From Chiloscyllium plagiosum (taxonomy: Eukaryota): a DNA stretch of 64,000 bases. The first letter of the stretch is position 1. Every line of letters begins with the position of its first letter. The notes under the pieces were generated by a model. It had not been told where the DNA came from, did not search any database, and saw nothing but the letters and a program-made list of their open reading frames with translations. The stretch covers positions 87,931,225 through 87,995,224 of the forward strand of contig NC_057719.1 in assembly GCF_004010195.1 (NCBI RefSeq), given 5' to 3'. Below are positions 38,585 to 50,349 of this stretch, one piece after another. A program made the position numbers and the translations under genes.

Positions 38585-39065
38585 ATCGTAGAATCCCCAC
38601 AGTGTGGAAGCAGTCCACTCAACCCATTAAGTCCCTGATCCTCTGAAGAGCATCCCACCCACACCTGCCCCCCCTGATCCACATAACGCCGCATTTTGCA
38701 TGGCTAATCCACCTAAACTGTACGTGTTTGGACTATCGGAGGAAGTGGAGCACACCCATGCAGACAGGGGGAATGCACAAACTCCACACAGGCAGTTGTC
38801 CGAGGCTTTGTAGGAGATTCTCCTTCATTGGGATGGCAAGGTGGCTCAATGGTTAGCACTGCTGCCTCACAGCGTCAGGGACCTGCGTTTGATCCTAGCC
38901 TAGGGTGACAGTGAAGAATTTGCATGTCCTGCGTGGATTTCCTTCCACAGTCCAAGGATGTGCAGGTTATGTGAGTTAGCTATGGTAAAAAAAAAGCCCC
39001 AAGCCGGATTTGGGGATGGGATGGGGATAATCTTTGGAGGATTGGTACAGATCTGAGGAGATTCT
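38585..39065. mobile_element. Two degenerate HE1/V-SINEs, head-to-head (- then +)
   Basis: tRNA-like head (gtggctcaatggttagcactgctgcctcacagcg) and V-domain remnants. Confidence 0.8.
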
Positions 39066-39069
39066 ATGG

Positions 39070-40150
39070 TTCACTCTTCTAAACTTCAGTGAATAAAATC
39101 TCAACTGCTTAATCTCTCCTCATACAGCAATCCCCTCGGGAATCAGCTAGGAAAATCTTCACTGCACTCTCTCTTGCAAGAAATCCCTCCTTAGATAAGG
39201 AGACCAAAACTGTACACAGTATTCCAGCTGTGGCTTAACCAACTCCCTATGTAATCAAGACTTCCTTATTCCTGTCTCAGATCCTCTCACTATGAAGGCC
39301 AACATAGAGTTTGCCTTCTTTACTGCTGCCTGCACCTGCATGCTGACTGTCAGCAACTGGTGCACAAGATCGCCCAGTTCTAGTTAAACATTTTCCCTCT
39401 CTCAAGTTATGGCCCTTCAGATAATTATCTGTTTTTTTCTGATTTTGCTACCAAAGTGGATAACATCACATTTATCCACATTATTCTGCACCTGCCATGC
39501 ATTGTCCACTCACTCAGCTTCTCCAAATCACACTGTAACATCTCTGCATCCTCCTCATAGCTGACCCTTCCACCCAGCTTTGTGTTGCCTGCAAATTTTG
39601 AGATATTACATTTAATTCCCTTGTCTAAATCATGAACATTGGGGAGCTAGTACCGATCCCTAGTCACTGCGTGGCATTCAGAAAAAGAATGTGTTTATCC
39701 AAATCAATGTGTTTCCAAATCAATGTGTTTATTGATGGAGTTCTGGTTTGAATGCCAGGCCTCTAGGAATTCCCATGTTTGTCTCTGTTTCGCCTGTCCT
39801 AGCTTGGATGTGTTCTCTCAGTTGAAGTGGTGTCCTTCTTTGTCTGTATATAAGGATACTAGTGATAATGGGTCATGCCTTTGGTGGCTAGTTTCCTGTC
39901 TGTGAACCAATTTTCTATCCTTCTCAATATGCTACCGCCAAATCCACGTGCTTTAAATTTAACACATTAATCTTTGCCCTGTAGTACACACTTATCCCTC
40001 TCCATCACGAGTGTAAAAATCACCGAATTATGGTCACTATGGTCTTATGTGGAAATTTATCAAAATCCTTCTAAATATCTAAATAAGCGACATCCACTGG
40101 CTCTTCCGAATATTTATACTAGTTATATACTCAAAAGATTCCAGTAAAGC
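39070..40150 (-). mobile_element. Degenerate CR1 RT fragment containing a Penelope fragment (about 39700-39893)
   Basis: CR1 3' ORF2 motifs. 39700-39893 is closely similar to 37125-37283. Confidence 0.75.
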
Positions 40151-40563
40151 TTTAAAAGTTTTATTTTATTCTCTCATGAGGCCTGAGTGTTGCTAACATT
40201 TATTGCCCGTCCCTAGTTATAGAGTCATACAGCACAGAAATAGGCCCTTCGGACCAAATAGTCCATGCCGAGCATGATCCAAAACTATCTCTTTTGAAAC
40301 CTCTCCAGCTAAATAATGTACTTCCTATAATAGGGAGACCAGAACTGGTCAAGGTAAGAAGGTGGTGGTGAGCTGACTTCTTGAACTGCTGCATTGCATG
40401 TGGTGTGGGTAGACCTACATTGATGTTAGGGAGGAAACTTTGACCTAGCATCGCTGAAGTCAGGATGATGAGTGGCTTAGAGTGGAACTGATTGTTCCTG
40501 TGTGTCTGCTGCTGTTATCCTTCGAGATACAAGTAATCTTTGGTGAATTTCTGCAGTGCATCT

Positions 40564-41416
40564 TGTTATGGACCAAGCCAGTCCCCCCTCAAAATATTTC
40601 AACAAAGTAGCCCAGACCCTAACTTTGCGAGTTGTTTTAAACAGGTAATAGTGGATATCCCAGGAGTAATACAGCTGGTCCAACCACTTAGTTTTAAACA
40701 AAACAGAATTTATTTGCAAGAGTACTAAATGAAATACAAACAAAAGAGAACAGAATAACTTTACTTAAAAACTCAGTAGACTCTATTGCAACTCAATGAT
40801 GCTGTTCCAAATACTTGCAACATCCCCATAAATACCCCTGGGCAAAAAAGATAAAAATCAAACACAGATTCTTACAGGAGAGAGAGGCGGCAGAGAGATT
40901 TAGCATGGGACACCCTTCCACTGTAGCTGTTTCTTTGGATTCTCCAGCTTAAACTGACTGCTTGCTACAACCCAACCAAAACCAAATCAGAGAAAAACTG
41001 AGCTGGGAGAACTTCTCTCTCAGTGGTACATGTATGGAATGAGCTGCTGAGGATGTGGTGGAGGCTGGTACAATTGTAACATTTAAGAGGCATTTGGATG
41101 GGTATATGAATAGGAAGGGTTTGGAGGGATATGGGCCGGGTGCTGGCAGGCGGGACTAGGTTGGGTTGGGATATCTGGTCGGCATGGACGGGTTGGACCG
41201 AAGGGTCAGTTTCCATGCTGTACATCTCTATGACTCTCTTGTAAAAGCTTTTTTTAAAACTTGAAAACCTTTTTACTGAGGCAGTATCTGTTAGCTATAA
41301 TCAAATTGGCCATTAAACCCATCTAAACCAGACACTTCGGAACTTCTGTGTTTAAGGCCCCTCTCAAAAAAATAACAAGGACAGAATAGCCTTGTCAAAG
41401 GAGTAGCATCATCACA
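40564..41416 (-). repeat. 3' LTR (contains a CR1 3' tail at about 41020-41238)
   Basis: Collinear with 48894-49683. Confidence 0.92.
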
Positions 41417-42661
41417 CCTCCCCTAAAAAAACCCATCAATATCTAAAGATGGCTTCATTTCATACTGTTAGTACATGAGAACACGTTAATCTCTTATGTG
41501 GAAATTTATCAAAAACCTTCTGAAAATCTAAATAAACCACATCACTTGCTCTCCCAAATATTTCTACTAGTTACATACTCAAACAATTCCAGTAGAGTTT
41601 TTTAAACATGACTTTGACTATAAACATGCAAACATGCACTACTACATTCTGTTTAAGTCCTTTTACTCCTGGCACCGAACACCTCCACTTCTCATCCAAG
41701 TCTTGACAACTTCTTGTCAATCACGTTTTGTCATCCGGCCACATGCACAATTTTCAAACTGAATAGCTGTAACAACCAGCTCCACATAAACAGTCAGGAA
41801 TTTTTGTCCTTAAATTTCTCCCCAAACCTCAATGGGTTATGATCAGTGTATATGATTCTCTCAGCTATATTACTGGTAACATAAATGTTGAAATGTTGTA
41901 ACACCAACACCAAACTCAAAAGCTCCTTCTCAATTGTCAATTATTTCTGCTGATGAATATTCAGTCTTCTCATTGTCTACATGCACAAGAGCACAGCACC
42001 AACACCCACATCACGCAGAGATAGCCACCTGATGAAGGGCTTTTGTTTGAAACATCGATTTTCCTGCTCCTCAGATGCTGCCTGATCTGCTGTGCGTTTC
42101 CAGCACCACTCTAATCTTCACTCTAATCGCCTGCATGTGCAGTACCCACTTTTGCCTTTGTATAATTAGGCTAATATTGGGGCAGTAGTTACACAGCTTT
42201 CAGGCTATCAAATACCTTCTGACAGTCTGCTGTCCACTGAAACATCTTGCCTTTCTTTAGTAAATCAGTGAGTGGAGCAGCCACTCTGCTAAAATTTGGT
42301 ACTGATTTCCGATAAAATCTACTCAATCTCAGGAATCGTAGTACTGCTCTGTTTGTCAATGGTATTGGAAACTCCCCAATTACCTTTGTTTTATGCATCA
42401 GTGTTTGTAACTGCATTAACTTTGTGATAGTCCAGACATAATGTATGGGTACCATCTGGTTTTGGCACCATTACTATGGGGGAACTCCAGTTACTATAAC
42501 TCACTTTGATCATGTCATCTTGGAGCATACATTCAATTTCCTTTTGAACCTGTGTCAACTTTAGAGGGTTAAACCTATAAGGATGTTGCTTAATCAGAAC
42601 AGCATTTCCTTTATCGACATCATGCATAATTTGGTTAGTACTTCCCAGCTTATTTCCAAAT

Positions 42662-45365
42662 ATAAGAACATAAGAACTAGGAGCAGGAGTAGGCCATCTG
42701 GCCCTTTGAGCCTGCTCCGCCATTCTGTAAGATCATGGCTGATCTTTTCGTGGACTCAGATCCACTTACCCACCCTCTCACCATAACCCTTAATTCCTTT
42801 ATTGTTCAAAAAAAATCTATCTTAGCAGCAAAAATGTTTACTGCAGTAGTGTCAACTACTTCAGGGGGCAAGGATATCCATAGATAGATGGGTCAAAAAG
42901 TTCCTTCTCAATTCAGCTCCCTCCAAATCTGCTCCCTCTAATCCTGAGACTATGCCCTCTTGTCCAAGTTTCACTTGTCAGTGGAAACATCCTCTCTACT
43001 TCTTTCTTATCTATTCCCTTCATAATTTTGTATGTTTCTATAAGATCTACTCCCATCCCCCCATTTTTTTGAATTCCAATGATTATAATCCAATCTACTC
43101 AGTCTCTCCTCATAAGCTAACCCTCTCAACTCCAGAATCAACCTAGCAAACCTTCTCTGCATCCCCTCCAGTGCCAAAATATCCTTTCTCAAGTAAAGAG
43201 ACCAAAACTACATACAGTACTCCAAGGGTGGCCTCATTGGCACCATATACAGCTGCAACATAACCTCCCCGCTTTTAAATTTAATCCCTTTAGCAATGAA
43301 GGACAAAATTCCATTTGCCTTACTTGTTGTACCCGCAGACAAGGACACCCAGATCCCTCTGCATTGCAGCACGCTGCAACTTTTTATCATTCAAGTAATA
43401 ATCCTTTTTACTGTTACTCCTACCAAAATAAATGACTTCACACTTATTAACATTGTATTCCATCTGCCAGACCTTTGCCCACTCACTCAAATTATCTATG
43501 TTCTTCTGTAAAGTTTCACAGTCCTCTGCACACTATGCTCTGCCATTCCTCTTAGTGTCATCTGCAAACTTTGACACACAACACGTGGTCCTCAACTCCA
43601 AATCATCTATATAAATTGTGAATGATTGCAGTCCCCACACCACTAGTCACTGATTGCCAGCCAGAATAGCATTAATATATCCCTACTCTTTGTTTCCTTT
43701 TTGTCAACCAATCCTCTATCCATGCTAATACTTTACCCATAATGCCACGCATCCTTATCTTATGTAGCAGCCTCTTGTGCAGCACCTTGTCATAGGCCTT
43801 TTGGAAATCTAGGTACACTACATCCACTGGTTCACCATTGTCTACTTTGCTAGTAATGTCTTCATAGAATTCCAAAAGATTTGTTAAGCATGACCTGCCC
43901 TTCATGAATCCATGCTGCATCTGCTCAACAGGACAATTGCTCTCGAGATGCCTTGCTATTTCTTCCTTGATAATAGACTCAAGCATCTTCCCCACTACAG
44001 AGGTTAAGTTGATCGGTTTATAATTCCCCACCTTTTGTCTGCCTGCTTTTTTTAAACAGTTTGCTCTTTTCCGATCTACTGGGACTAACCCAGAGTCCAA
44101 CGAATTTTGGAAAGTTATCACAAGTGCACTTGTTATTTCTCCTGCCATCTTTTTTAGAAGTCTCGAATGCACTCTATCACGGCCAGGAGACTTGTCTATC
44201 CTTAGGTTCATTAGCTTGCCCAACACTACCTCTTCTGTAAGAATGGTTGTTTCCAGATCCTCACCTACATTTGGCTCTTTGTCAATTACTGGCATGTTAT
44301 TAGTATCCTCCATTGTGAAGACTGTCACAAATACTTGTTCAATGCCTCGGCCATTTCATCGTATCCCATAATTAACTGTCCCTTCTCATCCTCTAAAGAA
44401 CCAACATTTACTTCAGCCATTCTTGATCATTTTATATATGTATAGAAACTTTTGCTTTATATTTATTTTCTGTCTTTATATTCTGTGCTGTTTTTCTCAT
44501 GTTCTATCTTACTTTTCTTTATAGCTCTTTTTGTGGCTTTCTGTTGACCTATAAAGCTTTTCCAATCTTTTAGTTTCATGCTGTTTTTAGCCACTTTGTT
44601 TGCCTTCTCTTTCAATTTAATAGCCTCCCTTATTTCCTTAGACACCTATGGCAGACTACCCCTTTTCTTACAGTCCTTCCTTTTCACTGCAATATACTTT
44701 GGCTGAGCACTTCAAAAAATTGCTTTGAAAATCCTCCACTGCTCGCCAACTGTCCCATCATAAAATCTTTGTTTCCAGTCTACTTTAGCCAAGTTCTCCC
44801 TCATTCTACCAGGACCCTGGTATTGGATTTTATCTTCACATATTGCGATCGCTCCTTCCAAGAGGATCCTAACTATGAGGTCATTAATTATTTATGTCTC
44901 ATTACACAGGACCAGATCTAGGATAGCTTGCTCCCTCAGTTCCATTCGATACTGTTCAAGGAGACTATGATGGATACACTCAATGAACTCTTCGTCAAGG
45001 CTAGCCTGACTGAGCTGATTTGACCAATCAATATGTAGATTAAAATCCCCCATGATAATTGTCATTCCATTTTTATAGGCATTAGTTATTTGTTTGTTTA
45101 TTGCCCGCCCCGATGTGATGTCATTATTTGGTGGCCTATAGACTATGAGAAACACATAGTCCACTTTTCCAGCAACACATTTTCAGGCCTATAGACTATG
45201 CCTATCAGTGACCTTTTCTTCTTAGAATTTCTAACTTCCACCCAAATGTATTCTGCATAGAAACTATATCATCTCTCAGCACCACCTTGATGTCGTCCTT
45301 GAATATCAGAGCTACACCACCTCCCTTTATCTTCCTATCTGTCCTTCTGAATAGTCCGAATAACT
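42662..45365 (-). mobile_element. CR1 LINE (EN plus RT) nested in the gypsy pol gene
   Basis: ORFs 44892..45164 (VYRPPN, IMGDFN, LDLVL) and 43672..44328 (KSPGRD, QHGFMKGRSCLTNLLEFYE, YLDFQKAYDKV). (TTCTTATG)n-type tail near 42662. Confidence 0.93.
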
Positions 45366-46021
45366 CCTTCAGGTCATTTGATTTTCCTCTGGAAGGTAAC
45401 TCAATAATTTATCCCAATTTTTGGCAACTTCCTCATTGTCCAATTTAATTTGAGGAATGTCCAGTTCAGAATCTTCTGAACTTGGTTCTTCACTCTGTGT
45501 TATAGCCAATAGCACAGTCTCCTTTTGCTTACCTTCCCTATTAAATTTCTTCTGAGCATATTCACTTCACACACTCTGAGAGATTTCTTTCTGTCTGGAG
45601 TCCTTATCAAATAGTTCACCTCACTCAATCTCCTTTCGAATTGATAAGGTCCACTAAACCTTGCTTTTAAAGGTTGACCTATCACTGAAAGAACACTAAT
45701 ACTTTATCTCCGACAGCAAAATTGTGAGTTTTTGATTTCTTGTCTATTTCCCGTTTCATTGAATGATATAATACTTTTAAACACTGCCTAGCCAACTCCT
45801 CTACTCTATTTAATCATTCCCTAAAATCTGATGCAGTCCAAATAGGTGGTCTCTGAATTATGACCTACCAATTTCTCCTTATTCAACTTTAGCGGCCCTC
45901 TCATTTCATGTCCAAATGCTAATTCAAATGGAATGAATTTAGTTGATTCATTTGGTGTACCTCTGATGGCAAAAAGTAGAAATGTAATTTCTTCATCCCA
46001 ACCTGGATAGTCTTGATTATA

Positions 46022-46217
46022 GGAGAAAGTGAGGTTTGCAGATGCTGGAGATCAGAGCTGAAAATGTGTTGCTGGAAAAGCGCAGCAGGTCAGGCAGCAT
46101 CCAGGGAACAGGAGAATCGACGTTTCGGGCATAAGCCTGAAGAAGGGCTTATGCCCGAAACGTCGATTCTCCTGTTCCCTGGATGCTGCCTGACCTGCTG
46201 CGCTTTTCCAGCAACAC
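46022..46217. mobile_element. Palindromic Penelope-terminus mini-element with 15-bp TSD and intact hammerhead core (46137-46164)
   Basis: atagtcttgattata at 46007-46021 and 46218-46232, with near-perfect inverted arms. Confidence 0.9.
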
Positions 46218-47442
46218 ATAGTCTTGATTATAAACCCTCAACATGTTCTTTAATGTCTGATACCACCATTCTAGTTCTTCCTGTGACTCTGGATCGTGTG
46301 CTAAAGATTTGAATTGTTTTATACCTGAGTTGTCTGTAACTTCCTTGAATAATTATGATGGAAAGTGTGACCCTTGATCTGATTGTATTTTGTGGGTAGT
46401 CCATATCGAGTGAAAAATTTGAGTAACTCCTCCACGATCCTTTTAGCTGTGATGTTGAGTAATGGAATGGCCTCTGGAAATTTAGTGGGCCCATCCATTA
46501 TTGTTAACAAATACTGATTCCCACTTTTTGTTTTAGGTAGGGGTCCTATGCAATCAATTAAGACTCATGTAAAAGGTTCCTCAAATGCAGGAATAGGTAT
46601 TAAAGGTGCAGGTTTGATTAATGCCTGTGGTCTTCCAATTACCTGACATGCATGATGTATCTGGCAAAATGCAATTACATCCTTGTACAGTCCAGGTCAG
46701 GAAAAATGATTTCGTATTTTAGCTTGAGATTTTCTTTCCCCTAAATGACCTCTTACTAATAGTTTGTGCATTACTTGCAACACCTCCTTTCTATAACCCA
46801 CTAGCAATATGACTTGATGAACTTCTGCCCATTTCTCATCTGCCTGAATATGTGATGGTCTCCATTTCCTCATTAAGACAGCATTTTTAAGATAGCAGCA
46901 CACCGGGATACATTAGATTCTATTTCCATGTATACTTTTTGATAGAATTTGTTTAGTTTCTCGTCTTTCTGCTGTAACTCAATTAATTTCTCTGAATTAA
47001 AGCTTTCTACTTTGTCATCTATCTGTTCCTGTTTTGTTTTAACCATCTGAACAAACAGGGTTTCTGCTGATTGCACTTCAACTTTCTTATCGGTACTCTT
47101 TGATCTCTCCTGTTTCAACTGGTGACTTTGTGACCTCGATATCACACAGTTGAGATATGCGTCTTTTAATAACTCAGTTGCCTGAGTTTTCACTGGCTTT
47201 TCAACCACAGTAGCCAGCACTCTTACCTGCGAACCAACTATATAATTAGTAAGGACAAATTGTATTCCTGGAGCTGAGAGATTGACCAATACTCCTACCA
47301 TGACTTTTCCACTCTTCACTGGACACTAACCTCAGTTTACATAATTGAGCATTTCTTGTCTCACCGTGAATTCCTCTTACTAGCACTTTTTCTGGCCATA
47401 GTCCTTCAGAGGTACATATCTTCTCATCTTTCAACAAAGATT

Positions 47443-47744
47443 AGGTTACTTACAGTGTGGAAATAGGCCTTTCGGCCCAACAAGTCCACACCGACCCTCC
47501 GAAGAGCAATCCACCCATTCCCCTGCATTTACCCCTTCACCTAACACTACGGGCAATTTAATGTGGCCAATTCACCTAACCAGCACATCTTTGGACTGTG
47601 GGAGGAAACCGAAGCACCCGGAGGAAACCCATGCAGACACGGAGAGTATGTGCAAACTCCACACAGTTGCCTGAGGTGGGAATTGAACACGGGTCTCTGG
47701 CGCTTTGAGGCAGCAGTGCTAACTACTGTGCCACCGTGCCGCCC
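47443..47744 (-). mobile_element. HE1-type V-SINE, full length
   Basis: tRNA-like head GGGCGGCACGGTGGCACAG..GTTCAATTCC, V central domain and CR1-like tail. Confidence 0.92.
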
Positions 47745-48893
47745 ACTGTGCCTTCCATTATCACTCCAACAAAATTCACTGGCTTATCCTGTTTTCCTAT
47801 ATCTGGCATCCCAGTGCTTTTCCTAACCCACCAACAAAGATTGAGAGGTTCCTGTATCTCTTAATATTGTAATGTCTTTACCTGCTGCTCCTGGCCTATG
47901 CAAGTAAGCTTTACCTTTGCGTATATATGGTTTACAAAGATCTGACACTTCTTCACTCCAACAAAATTCACTGGCTTATCCTGTTTTTTTACATCTGGCA
48001 TCCCAGTGCTTTTCCTAACCCACCAACATTATGATTTCATGTGGCCCACTTTAATGCAATGAAAACATTGGAGCTTTTTAACTTCTCTTTCTCCTTCAAG
48101 GGTTTCCTATTATCCTGTGGTAACTTCACCAAGTTCTACCTTTCCCTTTCCACGTGAGGATTTTTGTTTTCCCCCAATTTCTATTCATCATGGATTGAAA
48201 TTGATGTCGGAAGCCAAATTTTGATTAATGGACCAACTCACGATCAGCTATTTCAGCTGCTAATCTTGCTGTTTAACTCTCTGCTCTTCCTCACTAAGTT
48301 TACCTTCAGCATTCATCTCCATCCTTTTAAGCTGACTTTCCTGTTTAAGTGCTAATTTCTGAAGTTCAAACTCCCTCTCTTTCTTCCTTTCCTCTCTCTC
48401 CTTTTCTCTCTCTTTCCCTTTTTCTTTTTGTTATGTTAAAGCGATTAGTTCGTTTTCTCTTTCCTCTGCTTTTAATCATAATTCAAACAGTTTAATTTCT
48501 TTTGCCTCTAACTCAATCTGTTTCACTTTCAATTAAATGTTAGCCATCTTGAAAGATTCTGATGGCGTTTCCAGCAAATCTCAATGCTGGACTATTGCTG
48601 TAATTATCTCTCCTTTCCTCAGAGAAGGAGGCAGCTCCAACTCCAGCTTGACTGCCAATTCCAGCTGCTTGGCTTTATTCACCTTTTGTAAAGCCCCCAA
48701 AGTCACTTCTTCCATCCCCAGAAAACTCTTAGTGAACTGAAAGAGTTATTACTATCCCAAGCACCTGTTTAAACCAACTGAAATCAACACCCAGAACAAA
48801 AGGCATCAACACCCACCACTCGCTGCCCTCGAGTCCAGCAACCCCAGTCCCAAATTGGAACTAAAGAACAAATCCTGCAAAGAGCCCCCAATC

Positions 48894-49683
48894 TGTTATG
48901 GGCCAGTCCAAACCCCCTTAAAACATTTCCACAAAGTAGCCCAGACCCTAACTTTGCGAGTTGTTTTAAGAGGTGTATAGTGGATATTCCAGGAGTGATG
49001 CAGCTAGCCCAATCACTTAGTTTCAAACAAAACAGAATTTATTTTAAAGATTACCGAATGAAATACAAACAATAGAGAACAGAATATAGACTAACTTAAC
49101 TGTTTAAAAATCCAATAGACACGATGGCAACTTAATGATGCTGTTCCAAATACTTGCAACATTCCCATAAACACCCCCTTGGCAAAAAAGATAAAATCAA
49201 ACATAGGTTCTTGCAGGACAGAGAAGTGGCAGAGAGATTTAGCATTGAACCTCCTTCCAATGTAGCTATTTCTTTGGATTCTCCAGCTTGAACTGACTGG
49301 TTGGTACAACCCAACCAAAACCAAATCAGAGAAAAACTGAGCTGGGAGAACTGGCCACCCCCCCGTCTCCCCCCCAACTGAACAAGTTTTTTTTTAAACT
49401 TGAAAGCCTTTACCCTGAGGCATTATCTGTTAGATTAGATTAGATTAGATTAGATTACTTACAGTGTGGAAACAGGCCCTTTGCAAACTCCACACAGTCA
49501 GTCGCCTGAGGCGGGAATTGAACCCGGGTCTCTAGCGCTGTGAGGCAGTAGTGCTAACCACTGTGCCACCGTGCCACCCACTAATATAATAAAATTGGCT
49601 ATAATAATTTTATTAGCTAATTTTATTAGCTATAATAAACACCAAGGACAGGAAAACCTTGTCAAAGGAGTAGCATTGTTACA
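48894..49683 (-). repeat. 5' LTR (contains an internally deleted HE1 SINE at about 49430-49580)
   Basis: Collinear with 40564-41416, with the PBS adjacent. Confidence 0.92.
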
Positions 49684-50349
49684 ATCTTGTTGACTGCTGC
49701 TACTGAGCTTCAGTGGTGGAGAAAGTAGATGGCCAAACAAGTGGGCTGCTTTGTCATGGATGGTGTCAAACCTCTTGAGTGTTGGTGGAGCTGTGCTCAT
49801 CTAGGCAATTGGGGAGTATTCCATGAAGAAGGGCTCATGCCCGAAATGTCGATTCTCCTGCTCTTTGGATGCTGCCTGACCTGCGCTTTTCCAGCAACAC
49901 GTTTTCAGCTCTGATCTCCAGCATCTGCAGCCCTCACTTTCTCCTAGTTTTCCATGAAACACCTGTTATGTGCCTTGTGGATGGTGGACAGACATTGGGA
50001 GTCAGGAGTTTCTGTGGTGAGTCCAGTTGAGTTTCTAGACAATGTTAACTCCCAGGATGTTGATAGTGGGGGATTATGTGATGGTAACACCGTTAAATAT
50101 CAAAGGCCAGTAGTTGATTGTCTCTTATTGGAGATGGTCATTGCCTGGCATTTGTGTGGCACAAATGTTACTTACCATTTGTCACGCTTAGGTTGGATAT
50201 TTTCCATATCTTGTTGCGTTTGAATAGAAGTCATTGTCCTGTCACCAAGTTTTCTGAGTGCTTCTTATTGGTCTTCCTTGTTATTTGCACATCTAGATAA
50301 ATGGCAACCTGGGGTTGACCTTGTAAAATGTTCTCCATCATCTGCTGAT

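Larger units (their letters stand above)
40564..49683 (-). mobile_element. Gmr1-type Ty3/gypsy LTR retrotransposon, both LTRs present, decayed, with nested insertions
   Basis: LTRs 48894-49683 and 40564-41416 (TG...CA). ATCT TSD at 40560-40563 and 49684-49687. PBS TGGGGGCTC at 48890-48882 and PPT AGGGGAGG next to 41416. Domain order is gag CCHC (about 48050), protease LRDTG (about 47860), integrase (46900-45500) and RT/RNaseH (42650-41750). Confidence 0.93.
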
